This document shows, in pieces, positions 1 to 12,584 of a DNA stretch of 64,000 nt (the stretch's first letter is position 1; every line of letters starts with the position of its first letter). This stretch comes from Pristiophorus japonicus (taxonomy: Eukaryota), in the NCBI RefSeq assembly GCF_044704955.1, contig NC_091978.1:356624001-356688000 (forward strand), written 5' to 3'. A model generated the notes under the pieces. It was not told the DNA's origin and did not search any database. It saw nothing but the letters and a program-made list of their open reading frames with translations. Made by a program: the position numbers and the translations under genes.

Positions 1-367
1 CACGTCCGACCCATATGTCCAGCAGTGCACCCCTCAAGGGACCGCCTGAGAAATCCAACCTATACCGACTGCAGTGAGGTAAGTAATGCAGTCCTAAGGT
101 AAGTGTGATTGTTTTGTCTTTTAATTTTTATTGCATGGGCAATGTATTGGGAATGTTTTTGTGGATTTTTTTCCAGGTTTTTTTTCTTCCCTGGCGTCTC
201 TCGGAGCGCTCCCAGCCCGGCTCTTTAGCGCCAGAGTTTCCCATGCTCACACCCTAAGAGGTGTATAACTCCTCTCTTAGCGCTGCCCAATTTTGATGAC
301 TACGACGCAAATTGTATCGCCCCGCCGCCATTACTGCCCCAAATCATCAAAGCCGAAAATCCAGCCC
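1..367. mobile_element. End of a GC-rich non-autonomous DNA element
   Basis: Ends in AAAATCCAGCCC, similar to the other GGGC-terminated TIR elements here. The other end is outside the window. Confidence 0.4.
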
Positions 368-1042
368 ATTTGGACTAGACTGCCTCTGAAATTGATCCTG
401 CTTACACTGCACACCTGGAATCCATTCCACTGACTGCCTATCTGAAAAGAATATCAGATGTCAAGCAGGCAGGTCGCACAGACTAATTGTTTGGTGAGCT
501 TTGGAAGGCGCAAAGCATTAAATCGGCATGCGCTATTTTAAATTTGTATTTTATTGTGACTGAGAAATTATTCTACTGTAATATAGATCTTGCGTAAAAC
601 GAAAAAAATTAAACACTTCTATTATTTTGTTAGCCTCGCATGACTATTAATAGAGAAAGTGACAAGAAAGTACATCAGACAGCAGGAAGATATTCCCAGA
701 CTGCAATCTAATCTGTGGACTCAGGTGGTGATTATAAGAATGCGGAGTTCCTCCATTTGATGCTGTCTTGCAATCACAATTTGCTCTTTTAAAATAATTT
801 GGACTGACCAAAGAAAAATGCGTTTCTCTGGCATTGGGCGAAGCTAGTACCACTTTCATTCTCCATAAATGGAGTTATAGGTTAATAATTCCAATTAGTT
901 CAAGCCATTTTGGCGAGAATTTTTTTTTTTAAATCAGCAACTTTATCAAGAAAACTGAAAGGCCATAACTTGTAGATTTTGTGTGGCTTGTAGTATTAAT
1001 TCATGTCAAGTGACCCAAATGTTTTGTAAAACTAAAACTTAC

Positions 1043-1118
1043 GGTTTAAAATTAGAATGTCCAAAATAAGTCTTCAGGCACTTGATCTGTTTTGCATTTG
1101 GTTCGGGTATTGAAGGAT
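1043..1118 (-). CDS. WRN: WRN exon at the start of the RecQ helicase domain ([26 protein letters not shown])
   Basis: 76 bp, gatctag|...|gtaagt. LKxYFGHSxFKP is RecQ motif 0. The gene continues beyond the left edge. Confidence 0.95.
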
Positions 1119-1397
1119 CTAGATCAAAAATAACAAAATGGAAAGGTATATAACATCAAGGCAAGCTGCATTAGTTTGATTTCGGAAGAGTGCAAATTAT
1201 ACATTTATTATATATATGGATATAGTAGAACGAGTCCAATCAAGTAATTCCTATGATGGGAGAGGAAAGAAATTGGGGAGGGTTGTGGGGAGAAATGCCC
1301 CATGGAAAACTGACAATACAATACAAAAATATGCCTCTACAAATTATGCTAAGTTCTATCAACATTGAGTTTCAACCATCTTTCTGAGCCAATTTAC

Positions 1398-1542
1398 CCC
1401 ACTTGTCCTCCTCTTCCTTGATCCTCTCGTCTTCCTCATCCACCACTCCACAAAATTCCTCTGATGCATCAGTCTGGCCAGGTATATTCCTGAGAGATTC
1501 TTCAGTCCCAACTGCAGAACAGCTGTCCAGATCCTGCAGTAC
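1398..1542 (-). CDS. WRN: WRN acidic linker exon (VLQDLDSCSAVG...DEEDERIKEEEDKW)
   Basis: 145 bp, tctctcaccctccag|...|gtaaat, phase 0 to 1. Open and acidic, and fits the frame. Confidence 0.85.
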
Positions 1543-2310
1543 CTGGAGGGTGAGAGAAAATTAACAGAAAACACATGCTTTATTAATTTAATGATATTTT
1601 TCACATAATGAGGTGTCCTGGTTGATATTCTTCCTTCAAACTTCACCACCTAAACATATTAACTGGTAATTCAGCTCATTGCTACTTGAGAGAGCTACTT
1701 TCAACAACTATTGTCAGATTTTTTTTTAAATGGGGTTTCCTCTTATCTGTTGGCATATTCTGAAGGTCCCAGTGAAGGACTCAAGGGTAACTGAAACCAA
1801 GACACAACCCATTAAGCAAGTATTTTTGCATTCGAAATGCATCTCAGCAAAAATAATTTGAGGCTTACATGTGCTACCAGTTCTTGAAGTTCATGTATAA
1901 CAAATTTGTTTTTGAAAGATGCCAGATAAGGAAAAAACATTTATACAAGTTCATAATTTCTCTCAGAAACCTCCCACAGTGCTTCATGTACAATTAACTG
2001 CTTTCAAGCTCAGTTACAATTGTTATGCAGATGAACAAGGCAGCTACTTGCATGATCTTGTTCAAGATAAGATTGTCAGGAAGAACTTCCTGTTGTTTGA
2101 AAAAGTGTCATTGGATCTTTAGCATGCAGCTGAACTCCCAGAGCAGTTGGGGCTTTGGTTTAGCACCTTATCCGAGACAATTTCCACAATAGGGATTCAA
2201 GCAGTAATTTCGTGGTATCACCATTTCATAAACAGCACAAATTATAGCAGTGAGCTAGGATGAAATTAAGGTATTTTCCCTCATTAAGATCAGAGTACAG
2301 TTCTATTAAT

Positions 2311-2895
2311 ACAAAAGCAAAATACTGCAGATGCTGGAATCTGGAATAAAAACAGAAAATGCTGGAAATCTCAGTCGGTCAGGCAGCATCTGTGGGGAGG
2401 AAGCAAAGTTAACGTTTCGGATCGATGACCCTTCGTCAGAACTGGAGAGTGTTCAGAAAGAACAGATTCTCAACAAGCACTGAAAGGGGGAGGGGAGGAA
2501 AGAACAAAAAGGGAAGGTCTGATAGGTTGGAAGACAGGAGCGATTAGAGACACAAAAGGGATGATGGCCCAAATTCAAATGGTAATGCCATGAATTAGAA
2601 AAGCATTAGTCAAGGTAGGGTGTGAATGGTGGGATAATGACCAGCTGCCATTAGACAACGATAAAAAAAAGAAACAGGCTCTGAGGGGGGTTGGGGCGGT
2701 GGGGGGAAAGGGAGCCAAAGATTGGCAGCGGTTAAGCTCTGAAATTGTTGAACTCGATGTTGAGTCCAGAAGGCTGTAAAGTGCCTAAACGAAAGATGAG
2801 GTGCTGTTCCTCGAGCTTACATTGAGCTTCGTTGGAACAGTGTAGGAGACCGAGGACAGAGAGGTCAGAGGGGAATGCAGTGGAGAATTAAAGTG
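2311..2895 (-). mobile_element. Penelope-like element 3' fragment (GIY-YIG C-terminus plus terminal repeat)
   Basis: Minus strand encodes LGLLHCSNEAQCKLEEQHLIFRLGTLQPSGLNIEF. Flanked by ACAGTTCTA(T/C)TAAT at 2297-2310 and 2896-2909. Degenerate terminal copies at about 11727-11845 and 53212-53472. Confidence 0.8.
2407..2443 (-). ncRNA. Minimal type I hammerhead ribozyme motif of the Penelope element
   Basis: Minus strand reads AGTT-CTGACGA-A-GGGTC-ATC-GATCC-GAAA-CGTT-AACT: core boxes, stems I and II, and a palindromic stem III. Confidence 0.7.
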
Positions 2896-3460
2896 ACAGT
2901 TCTACTAATCTGTGTGTTACCATAGGTAGATATGGTAAAAACAAAAATGCAACCCTGCCATTACTCCTATCGCCTCCCATTGAATTCTACAACACATAGA
3001 AATACGGTTGTAGATGTGATGTTCCCTAATGAAACTGACAACCTTCCTGTTATTTTAATTTGACCTATGGTGCATCAACAGTTTCAGCAGACCACAATTA
3101 TATTATTTGGTTATCATTATGCTACCAGGTCTTAATGTTCACGTACAATAAATTTGTTTTTGAAAGACCCTAGATAAGGAAAGAATCCACTTCCATTTCT
3201 AGATCATTATTTTTCTCAGAAATGTACCAAAGTACTTCACCTATAATGAACTGCAGTCATCAGAACATCTGAAAAATAAAAACGTTATAGTTTTGGGCAC
3301 TCCATTATAGATAGGACATTAAAGTTATAGAGATTGCACAGCATAGATTCACCAGAATGATACTAGGGGTGGTAAGTAATAGTTATGAGAAGAGATTTGG
3401 GACACTGGGACCATTTCCACTGGACCAGAGAAAGCAGAGAAGTAATTTCATAGAGATATA

Positions 3461-4862
3461 GGCCCCAAGTTTCCACACGCGGCGAAAAAGGCACACCTCA
3501 GAGCTGGGCGCCTGTTTCTCACGCCGAAAACGGCGCCGGAAAAAAAGTGCGGTATTCTCGAGCTCCTTGGAGCTCGATGTCTGCTTGGCGCGGCGCACAG
3601 GGGGCGGAGCCTACCACTCGCGCCGATTTTGTAAGTAGGAGGGGGCGGGTACAATTGAAATGAGGCTTCTTGGTGCCGGCAACCCTGCACGTGCGCATTG
3701 GAGCGTTCGCGCACGCGCAGTCTGAAGTAAACATTGGCACTAGGCCATTTTTAAAAGTGCTGCAGAAAAAGTGAAGATTTGTTTCTTGGACCCCTGCAAA
3801 GGCTTGTATTTTAATTTTCTTGATATTTGTGTCTGAGGGAGTGCTTTTAGCAGCACTGCTGAATAAATCACCTGCTGAAATCAGTGAGTTCAGCTTTTCA
3901 CTGCTAAACTTGCAGAACCGGTGCCTGCAAATTAAGGACTGTGTGTTTGGAGAAATAAGAGTGCCAATTCAACTTTACAATGGATCAAACCATTGCATAA
4001 TATGTGGTGTTGACAATGCAGCACCCATTCTGCAAATTTAAATATGAAACTGTCTATGTGGCTGCCTCTCCCTGTCCAAATGGCCTCAGTCCCCCTCACA
4101 GCTGTATCTTTGGCTGCCGGCCAGCCACTGACGCCGCCCCTAAAGCGTGGCCAAATGGCCTCAAGAACCTTAATGAGCTACGTGTGTCCTGTGTTCATTC
4201 TTCGGCTCCCGTCCAGCCACTGACGCCGCTGCAATCCCATGGCCGAATGGCCTCAAGTCCGTCCGGGTGCTGCATCTTTGCGGGGAGTGAAGGCCTGCCT
4301 CAAGCACCGCAGCTCAGCTCGAAGGCTGCTTGCTGCCTGCCGCTGCCGTCGAGACACTGACGCCACACCGCTGCCTGAAAGGCCTGCCTGAAGCACTTTC
4401 ACACAGGTAGGAACATGGTTTATTTCATCTTTTCTTTGCTTATAAATTTTTATTCAGGTTGGATTTATTGTTATAATATTTGTAGAAGTATAACTAAGGA
4501 TTGATTGTAGAATTTAATGACTTCTCTTCCCCCCCCTCCCCCCACCTCGTTCCGGACGCCTAATTTGTAGCCTGTGCCTGATTTTTTAAAGTGTAGACAA
4601 GGTTTTTTCAAGCGTACAAAAATCTTCACTTGCTCCATTCTAAGTTAGTTTGGAGTACGTTTTCACTGTGGAAACTTTCAAATCAGGCGTCAGTGTCCGG
4701 ACACGCCCCCTTTTGAAAAAAAAATTCTGTTCCAAAGTGAAACTGTTCTACCTGACTAGAACTGCAGAAAACTAAATGTGGAGAATTCCGATTTCTAAGA
4801 TACTCCGTTCTGCACCAGTTGCTCCTAAAAATCAGGAGCAAATCATGTGGAAACTTGGGGCC
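3461..4862. mobile_element. Non-autonomous TIR DNA transposon (PIF/Harbinger-like), 1.4 kb
   Basis: Perfect 17-bp TIR GGCCCCAAGTTTCCACA and 3-bp TSD ATA. Inserted in an old CR1 fragment. Confidence 0.8.
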
Positions 4863-5006
4863 ATAATATTTTAGATATTTTCCTGTATTGTCTTAACTGA
4901 ATTTTGTTAACTCAGAATAGTTCTGCAATATTTAATTTAGCTTGTTGTCTTATCAAGACAGCAGACATGAATTCAGACTGGTGACCGTAGTGTTTGGAAA
5001 GTTCAT

Positions 5007-5690
5007 GGGCCTGAAATCGCGCCCCCCACGGGCGCGTATTAAGTGCGCACGCGTCCGTGGAGTCCGCGCAAGTTCCAGGTTTAGGTATGCGCCTAAACCC
5101 GGCACTTGCGATCTGGCATCGCACGCATGCGAAGGAAAAGGACCTCCGTGGGCGGTGAGTTGGGCTACTTGCCCAACTCCTGCCCAGCGAATGTCCTTCA
5201 AATTCTTATGCTGGTAAGGCCTGCTTTTACAAGAGTAAGAGTTTTAAAAAATAGAAAAATAAAATGTTATCACTCATTTATAAAACCCTGTCCATTAAGG
5301 CAAGTTTATTTTTTAGCTCTGTTAAAAAAAAAATGTTTTTCGTTTAAAATATTTAATTAAATTGCATTTTAATTAATTTTAAATATGTAATGAGTTTTTA
5401 AACTTATTTTCAGTGCATGTGTTTTTGGGGGCATTCCCATTCATACTTATAGCAGCTATGAATTACTATAAGTATGAATGGGGATCCCCCTACTCTGATA
5501 GGTTGGGCCGGCCCACGTGATCCCAAAGATCCGTGCAATTCTGGGATACGTGGGCCCCTACGCTGGCCTTAGCATAGAGCCCCAGGACCACAAGTCACCG
5601 AACCTCCGGGACCGCCAGGTACTTGCATAGAAATTATTGCGGTCGGAGGCATCCGCCCGTGGGAAGCCTCCGACCGCAATTTCTGGGCCC
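5007..5690. mobile_element. MITE (Harbinger-like); related copies at about 5910-6594 (inverted) and 26818-27528
   Basis: Imperfect GGGCC...GAAAT TIRs, TSD CAT, internal hairpins and internal sequence shared with the other copies. Confidence 0.7.
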
Positions 5691-6616
5691 CATGAGTAAA
5701 CAGAGGAGTGATCGTTGTGTACAATCTCAAGTATTTGAAACGAGGAGTGTAGGAATAATTAGATCTCACCGTGTTCTGTTCATTTCTGTACTTTGTGAAA
5801 TAAACCAGCTTGTTCATCTACTGCGGCCTCGTCCTGAATGAGCTTTTCACTTTGCCTTCCATGGAAGGAGAATGCACGCGGCAGCATATCTGTAGTGCGA
5901 GTTATACATGAGCCCGGAATTTGCAGTCAGACGCGTACCTCCAGAGTACGCCTCTGACCCGCTAAAAATGTACTAACTTACCTTCAGGCTCCCAAGGCTG
6001 TGGAGAGTTCGGGACTCGGGCCTCTACTCGTAAGCCTGCATAAAGGCCCACGGATCCCAGGAACGCAGGTGGTTCGGAAGTGTCCCTGGGATCACGTGGG
6101 CCAGGTCGTCCAATCAGAAAGGAGGATTCCATTGCTGTCATTTCCAAATGGAATCCCTAAATAATTAAAGAATTTACACAATGCTGATAAAAATAAAAGT
6201 TCTCATTTTCAAATGTAATTAAAAGTCCTTTCAATACATCAAATACAATAAAAATGTAATTGTGAAAAATATTAAACATTTTAATCTGGGTCAAAATTTG
6301 CATAAACTAATTTTAAGTGTTTGAGCATCATTTTATTTTTTATTTAAGATTTATATTAACCCTTACGCTGGTGAAAACAGGCCTGCTTTTACCAGCCATA
6401 AGAGTTTTATGGGCATTTGCTTGCTGTAGTTGGACAAATAGCCCAACTCTGCAGCAGCAAGTGATTTTACTTTGACAGATCGCATGTTCCAGGTTTTCGC
6501 ACATATGGAAACCCAGTATTTGCGGGATCTTTTAGAAGGCTTATGACGTTGTATGGTGAACGTACCCCATTGAAGCCACTGCAAAATCTAGGCCGTTATG
6601 ATATTTGCTCCTGTCC

Positions 6617-7012
6617 GGCAATGCCTCATCCTTGTTTTCAAACCCCTCCATGGCCTCGCCCTTTCCTATCTCTGTAACCTCCTCCAGCCCTACAACCCTC
6701 CAAGATATCTGCGCACCTCTAATTCTAGTCTCTTGCACATCCCCCATTTTCATTGCTCCACCTTTGTTGGCCATGTCTTCAGCTGCCTGGGCCCAATGCT
6801 CTGAATTCCCTCCTGAAACCACTCCGCCTCTCTCTCTCTTCCTTTAAGATGCTCCTTAAAACCTACCTCTTTTACCAAGCTTTTGGTCACCTGTCCTAAG
6901 ATCTCATTATGTGGCTCGGTGTCGATTTTTGTTTGGCAATGCTCCTGTGATGCATCGCGAGACGTTTTACTACTTTAAAGGCACTACCTATATAAATGCA
7001 AGTTGTTGTTGT
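6617..7012 (+). mobile_element. L2 LINE 3' end; further copies at 9430-9890 (+), about 21140-21610 (-) and 49068-49139 (+)
   Basis: Shared 3' sequence LKTYLFDQAF and a (GTT)n tail. Confidence 0.75.
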
Positions 7013-7049
7013 TGATCCTTGGCTTTTATTATTATTTTTTAATCAGATA

Positions 7050-8035
7050 TCATAGAAGCATAGAATGGTTACAGCACAGAAGGAGGCCATTCGGCCCATC
7101 CCGGCTCTCTGCAAGAACACTTCAGGTAGTCCCACTCACCCGCTCTTTCCCCGTAGCCCTGCAAATGTATTTCCTTCGGATACTTAGCAAAATCTGCCTC
7201 TACCACCCTTTCAGGGAGTGCATTCCAGATCCTAACCACTCGCTGCGTAAAAAAGTTCTCTCATGTCGCCTTTGGTTCTTCTGCCATTCACTTTATATCT
7301 GTATCCTCTGGTTCTCATCCCTTCCGCCAATGGGAACAGTTTCTCTCCATCTACTCTGTCTAGCCCCCTCACGATTTTGAATGATTTGTGCACATATTCC
7401 CCCAGGTCTCACGATTTCTGCACGGCCTTTTGAATTGCACCCTTTAATTTATATTGCCTCTCCTCATTCTTCCTATCAAAATGTGTCACTTTGCACTTTT
7501 CTGCGTTGAATTTCACCTGCCACATATCCGCCCATTCCACCAGCCTGTCTATGTCCTCTTGAAGTCAATCACTATCCTCCTCACTGTTCTCTTTACTTCC
7601 AAGTTTAATGTCATCTTGAAATTCTACCCTGTACCCAACCCCAAGTCACTATTGGGCAGGAAAAGGTGTACTTAGGATCATAGGAGGAGCAAGGTTCGCT
7701 TACAGGACTGGCTAAGAAAATATTACGCAAGACCCAAGAGTGTGGAGAGAAACAATCTTTCCAGTGCTCGGAATGGGAAGGGAGACAACCATTTAAAATT
7801 GTCACTAAGAAAGAGGTTAGAAGAAATGTCTTAATGCAGAGAATTGTGGGAGCATGGAATGCTTTTCCACAGAGAGTAACCGAGGCAAAGACCATTACAT
7901 CTCTTAAGGAAACTATGGCTAAATATTTGAAGTAGAGTAACATAGAGAGGGTGCAACGATATTAGTTTTGCATTGCTCTCGCAAAGAGCTGACATCTACA
8001 CGATGGGCCAAACAGTATCCTTCTGTGCTGTAAAT
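7050..8035. mobile_element. Two degenerate CR1 3' fragments (about 7050-7650 minus, about 7660-8035 plus)
   Basis: CR1 3' UTR GGCCATTCGGCCC and coding remnants such as FLMQRIVGAWNAFP. Confidence 0.6.
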
Positions 8036-8432
8036 TTCTCTTTTTACAAGCTGAGCTCCTCCCGCACCCCTCCCCAAATAGCTGTGTGCAGCCGAGTAGC
8101 TCAACTGATTCAACTACAACTTGTTTTCATTGCCTGTGTTCAGCTGGGAAATGTGGCAGGGAACAGTCTATTCTGTAGGGAGACTGCAGTTAACACCCTT
8201 CCTAGAAGAGCAGTTGTTTGCACGCCCTTCCAGTGGGCCATCTGTGCCAATGGCCAGGTGAAAACAGGCTAATTCAAGTTTCCACATTCTTGTGGGAATC
8301 CCTCATCGTATCCAAAAGCACACTACATGAGAAAATTTGGCTGCCAGTTCAGCTAAAATACCACTGCATGAACGCCCAAGGGAAAATCCCTTCTGCATTG
8401 CAGTTCTGTTCCTTTGCATAGCTATTACTAGG

Positions 8433-8446
8433 GTGCCATCTGGTGG
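8433..8446 (-). promoter_or_regulatory. Candidate CTCF site
   Basis: CCACCAGATGGCAC fully matches the CCASYAGRKGGCRS core. Motif only. Confidence 0.3.
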
Positions 8447-10257
8447 GTGTCTGTAAATGAGCAGTTTTGAATTCAGCTCTGAATCGCAATGCTCTTACCC
8501 ACAACTTCCTTTTCCTCCAGCACACTGAAAAGACCTACCAACAGTCAAATTAAATCCCCAATTACTGGGCTACCCAAGTCAAAAATGTATTATCGTATAA
8601 GCTACCCATTACCATTGCTAAACAGGCAGGCAAAGTACAGGCTTTGCAGACACTAATACTGCAAAACTGGAAGATGCCACAAAGTTGTGGCAGGCTTGAC
8701 ACAAACTTAACAGCAGAGCTTCTTAGGTCTTTTGCTTTCTCTGAGCCCATACCAGTACAGCAATATCTTTAATATACTGGTGCAAACAGAGAGTACACAT
8801 GTTATATTATTCGTTCAAATTGTAAGGATTGGAGTAGGGACACACTCAGGTAAATGCACAGCTTGTGCTCTACAAGTGTTTTCTGGACAGTCAGTTCCTT
8901 TCAGTAACTCGGAAATAGCAATGGAGCCTCCTATAAGCCAAAAATAATATTAAAATGTTAGGCTTCACTATAAAGTAAAACTGATAAAAGTTTACCTTTT
9001 CCTTAAATTGACTGGAACTAACAATATCAACTCCTGGCACAGTAACAGTGTCAAAAATGAAGTATATCAGAAAGCACAGGATGCAAACAAATGACTTATC
9101 TTTATCGCCTTGCAAAGCAGAAAAAGACTATGTCTTCATTGGTGACCCAGTATTTGATAGTCACAACTAAGCAAGATGTTTTAAAAAGTGTGACTTTCTC
9201 ATGAATATTGAGCAGATTTTAATTGGATCGCTCTTTCAAAGAGCTAGCAAAGGCACGAAGGGCCGAATGGTCTCTTTCTGCGCTGTACCATTCTATGATT
9301 TTCTCTTGTGTTACGATTACTCAGTTGATGCAGCATTATTTTTCCTCATATTTCAATGATAACAAGGTAGATTTTCCGAATGTACCACTAGGTACGAAAT
9401 GAAGCTGGTCAGGCCCTCAGACTTTTTACAAGACCCCTGTGCTCGTTGACTTACATTGGTTCCCGGTTAAGCAACAGCTCAATTTCAAAATTCTCATCCT
9501 TGTTTTCAAATCCCTCCACGGCCTCGCCCCTCCCCAGCTCTCTAATGTCCTTCAGCAGCTCCCCCTCCCCCAAGAGATGTCTGCGCTCCTCTAATTCCGC
9601 CCTCTTGAGCATCCCGGATTATAATCGCTCAACCATTGGTGGCCGTATCTTCTGTTGCCTAGGTCCGAAACTCTGGAACTCCCTGCCTAAACCTCACTGC
9701 CTCTCTACATCTCTTTCCTCCTTCAAGACGTTCCTTAAAACCTACCTCTTTGACCAAGCTTTTGGTCACCTGCCCTATTTTCTCCTTACATGGCTCGGTG
9801 TCAATTATTTTGTCTCATAATACTCCTATGAATTGCCTTGGGACATTTCACTATGTTAAAGGTGCTATATAAATACAAGTTATTGTTGTGGTGCTGTTAA
9901 TGCCATTGTTACTGGCCATTAAGAGCTGTGACTTAGGTGAAACAAGCTGGACAACGACAAGGTTTCTTCCCCTGAAATAAATATTTCACTTTTCACTGTG
10001 TTCCCATGGGAGTTCCAGGTGAAGAAAGAATTGAACTTACTCAAATGAGACAAGAAAGTTTAGCTGACAGGTGGATGTTGGGGTTTCAAGTACCTGAGCT
10101 ACTGTGCCATCTTTGCCAAAATTGAATCAAACCAAGAGACTGCAATCGATACATACAGTTGAGTCAGTTGGTCAAGTTCTATTCTGCTGTTACTGCTGCC
10201 TTGCTTCATTCTGCATTTCAAAGTAACGTGGCGCAATCCTCCACTTTTTGATCTTAC

Positions 10258-10335
10258 CTTGAGCATCTCACTCTCCAGCTCCTCATCACTTTCAATCACA
10301 CAAGAGAGATCTGCTTTTTTATCAGCACCAGGTGC
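10258..10335 (-). CDS. WRN: WRN acidic exon (APGADKKADLSCVIESDEELESEMLK)
   Basis: 78 bp, ttctgtag|...|gtaaga, phase 0 to 0. Matches human SYVIESDEDLEMEMLK. Confidence 0.92.
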
Positions 10336-10378
10336 CTACAGAATTACAAAACATACAATTAGTGTGAAATGAAAACAA

Positions 10379-10846
10379 AAAAAAAGACTTGCATTTATAT
10401 AGCGCTTTTCACAATCAACCGACATCCCACAGTGCTTTACAGCCAATGAAGCACTTTTTGAAGTGTAGTCACTGTTGTAAGGTAGCAAACATGGCAGCCA
10501 ATTTGCGCGCAGCAAGCTCCCACAAACAGCAATGTGATAATGACCAGATAATCTGATCTTTAGTGATGTTGATGCAGCGATAAATATTGGCCAGGACACC
10601 GGGGATAACTCCCCTGCTCTTCGAAATAGTGCCATGGGATTTTTTTAATGTCCACCCGAGAGGGGAGATGGGGCCTCGGTTTAACGCCTCATCCGAAAGA
10701 CGACACCTCTGACAGTGCAGCACTCCCTCAGTACTGCACTGGAGTGTCAGCCAAGATTTTTGTGCTCAAGTCTCTGGAATGGGGACTTGAACCCACAACC
10801 ATCTGACTCAGAGGTGAGGATGCTACCCACTGAGCCATAGCTGACA
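10379..10846 (-). mobile_element. Full-length tRNA-headed Deu-domain SINE (SacSINE1-like); further copies at about 25446-26817 (split), 46320-46450, 48190-48455 and 48590-49010
   Basis: A box TGGCTCAGTGG, B box GTTCAAGTC, Deu core GATGAGGCGTTAAACCGAGG...ATCCCATGGCAC...GGTGTCCTGGCCAA and an L2-like tail GCGCTATATAAATGCAAG. Confidence 0.8.
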
Positions 10847-10929
10847 CTAAATGATGTTTTATCTCCAGCAACATATGTCCCAGCGTCAACATGTTGGGGT
10901 CACAACTGACCAGTTATATAAAAACCATG

Positions 10930-11430
10930 ACGGTAAGAACAGGCCAGAAGCTGGGTATTCTGCAATAATTAGGCTGTTCTCAAAGCTTTTCCATCATCTA
11001 CGAGGCCCTAGTCACAAATGGGATGAAATGCTCACCACTCACTTGGATGGTTGCAGCCACAATAACACTCAAGAAGTTTGACACTACCCAGGATAAAGCG
11101 ATTCTCTTGATTGGTGTCCCTACCACTTCCATCACTGGTGCACTGTGGTTGCAGTACATACAATCTACTGCACACAGCAGCTACCCAAGGTTACTTCTCC
11201 CCGTGACCCCTACCACCGAGAAGGATAAGAACAGTACTGTTGTAGAAACACCATCACCTCCAAATCATACATGACACTGACTTCGACATATAATCGGCAT
11301 TCGCACATTGTCATGGTCAATATCCAGAAATTCTCTTCCTAACACCATTGTGGAAACACCGCCATTACAAGAAGTTCCACTAACATCTTCTCAGGTCAAC
11401 TAGGATTGGGCAATAAATGCTGGCCTTTTC
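10930..11430 (+). mobile_element. Degenerate LINE 3' fragment of a different family
   Basis: SPLTWMVAATITLKKFDTTQDKAILLIG resembles a post-RT LINE ORF2 region. Confidence 0.5.
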
Positions 11431-12584
11431 AACACTGACACATCTCAAGAACTATTAAATGGGTACTGAAGTGGCTGCTGTGTAAAGATGATTTGAAAAG
11501 TTGAAGTGGAAAATTTTGCTGCAAAAATAACAATTCCTGTTGACAAATTATTGGGTAAAGCAGCATGAATCCCAGTGCTAAAGCTGTGCAGAATTTTTGT
11601 AATCTTCTGTCCTGGTATTAACCATGACAATACATCAATTGGCCACTGTATATGCAATGGAAATTGTTAACAGGGGTCAATACTAAATGTTCATCGGAAA
11701 TCAGGCTCAATTTTTAGTACTGATTGTAGATGCTGAAAATCTAAAGTAAAACCAGAAAAAGTTGGAAACCCACAGTAGATCAGTCAGCATCTGTGGAGAT
11801 AACAGACAAGTTAACGTTTTGGTTGTAGACTCTTCATCGATGCTACAACTCAAAAACAGGCCATTCATCCCAACAAGTCTGTATGAGCATTTACCTTCCA
11901 TGCAAGCAACTAGACCCAATCACAGTTACACACCCTGTTCTTATAACCCTTGATTCACTTTTCCTTCAGCCATCTACCCAATCGAATCTTAAATGGAGAC
12001 ATAGTTTCTGTCTCAACCAGTAACTTGGGAAGTGAATTCCAGTCTCACAACTCGTTGTGCAAAGAAGTTTCTCTCGCTCCCTGTTCTAAATCTCTTAGAT
12101 TTAATCTTCTATTTATGGCCCCTCGCTCTGCCCACACCGCCTTGCCTTACTTGAATCATTGGCTCCCACACGAACCATGATGACTGGCTGCTCTCCATCT
12201 CCTTGCGAAATCTTTCCAGTCTATGCGATATGTTCCTTCTCCTCGTACCAGGGAGCCCACAAATCTTCCAGGACTAACAGTCTGAACTGCAAGCAGTCAA
12301 GTCAGCCCTCCTAACTATTGAATGCCCATCACTGCAATATTTCTCGGTGTTTTGCTAACCTCTTCCTCCATAAACCATCTGCTGGTGCCATTAATATTTA
12401 TTTGAAGGCTCGCTCCAGAATTCTCATATTCACCACAGGAAGCTGAAGCTTCAAATCTGTTTGAGAGCGTAAGTTGCTCTGGGCTCTCCCGTTCTAATCT
12501 CTCCTTCCTGCCCCACAGACAGTCGTCCATCTTTCCTCCTCCACTGCCCGCTCCCCGTCTATCAGTGTGACTATCCACTCAAAC

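Noticed and set aside
10775-10846. tRNA-like A and B boxes (also about 25450, 46325 and 48400)
   Set aside because: They are SINE heads joined to a Deu core, not tRNA genes.
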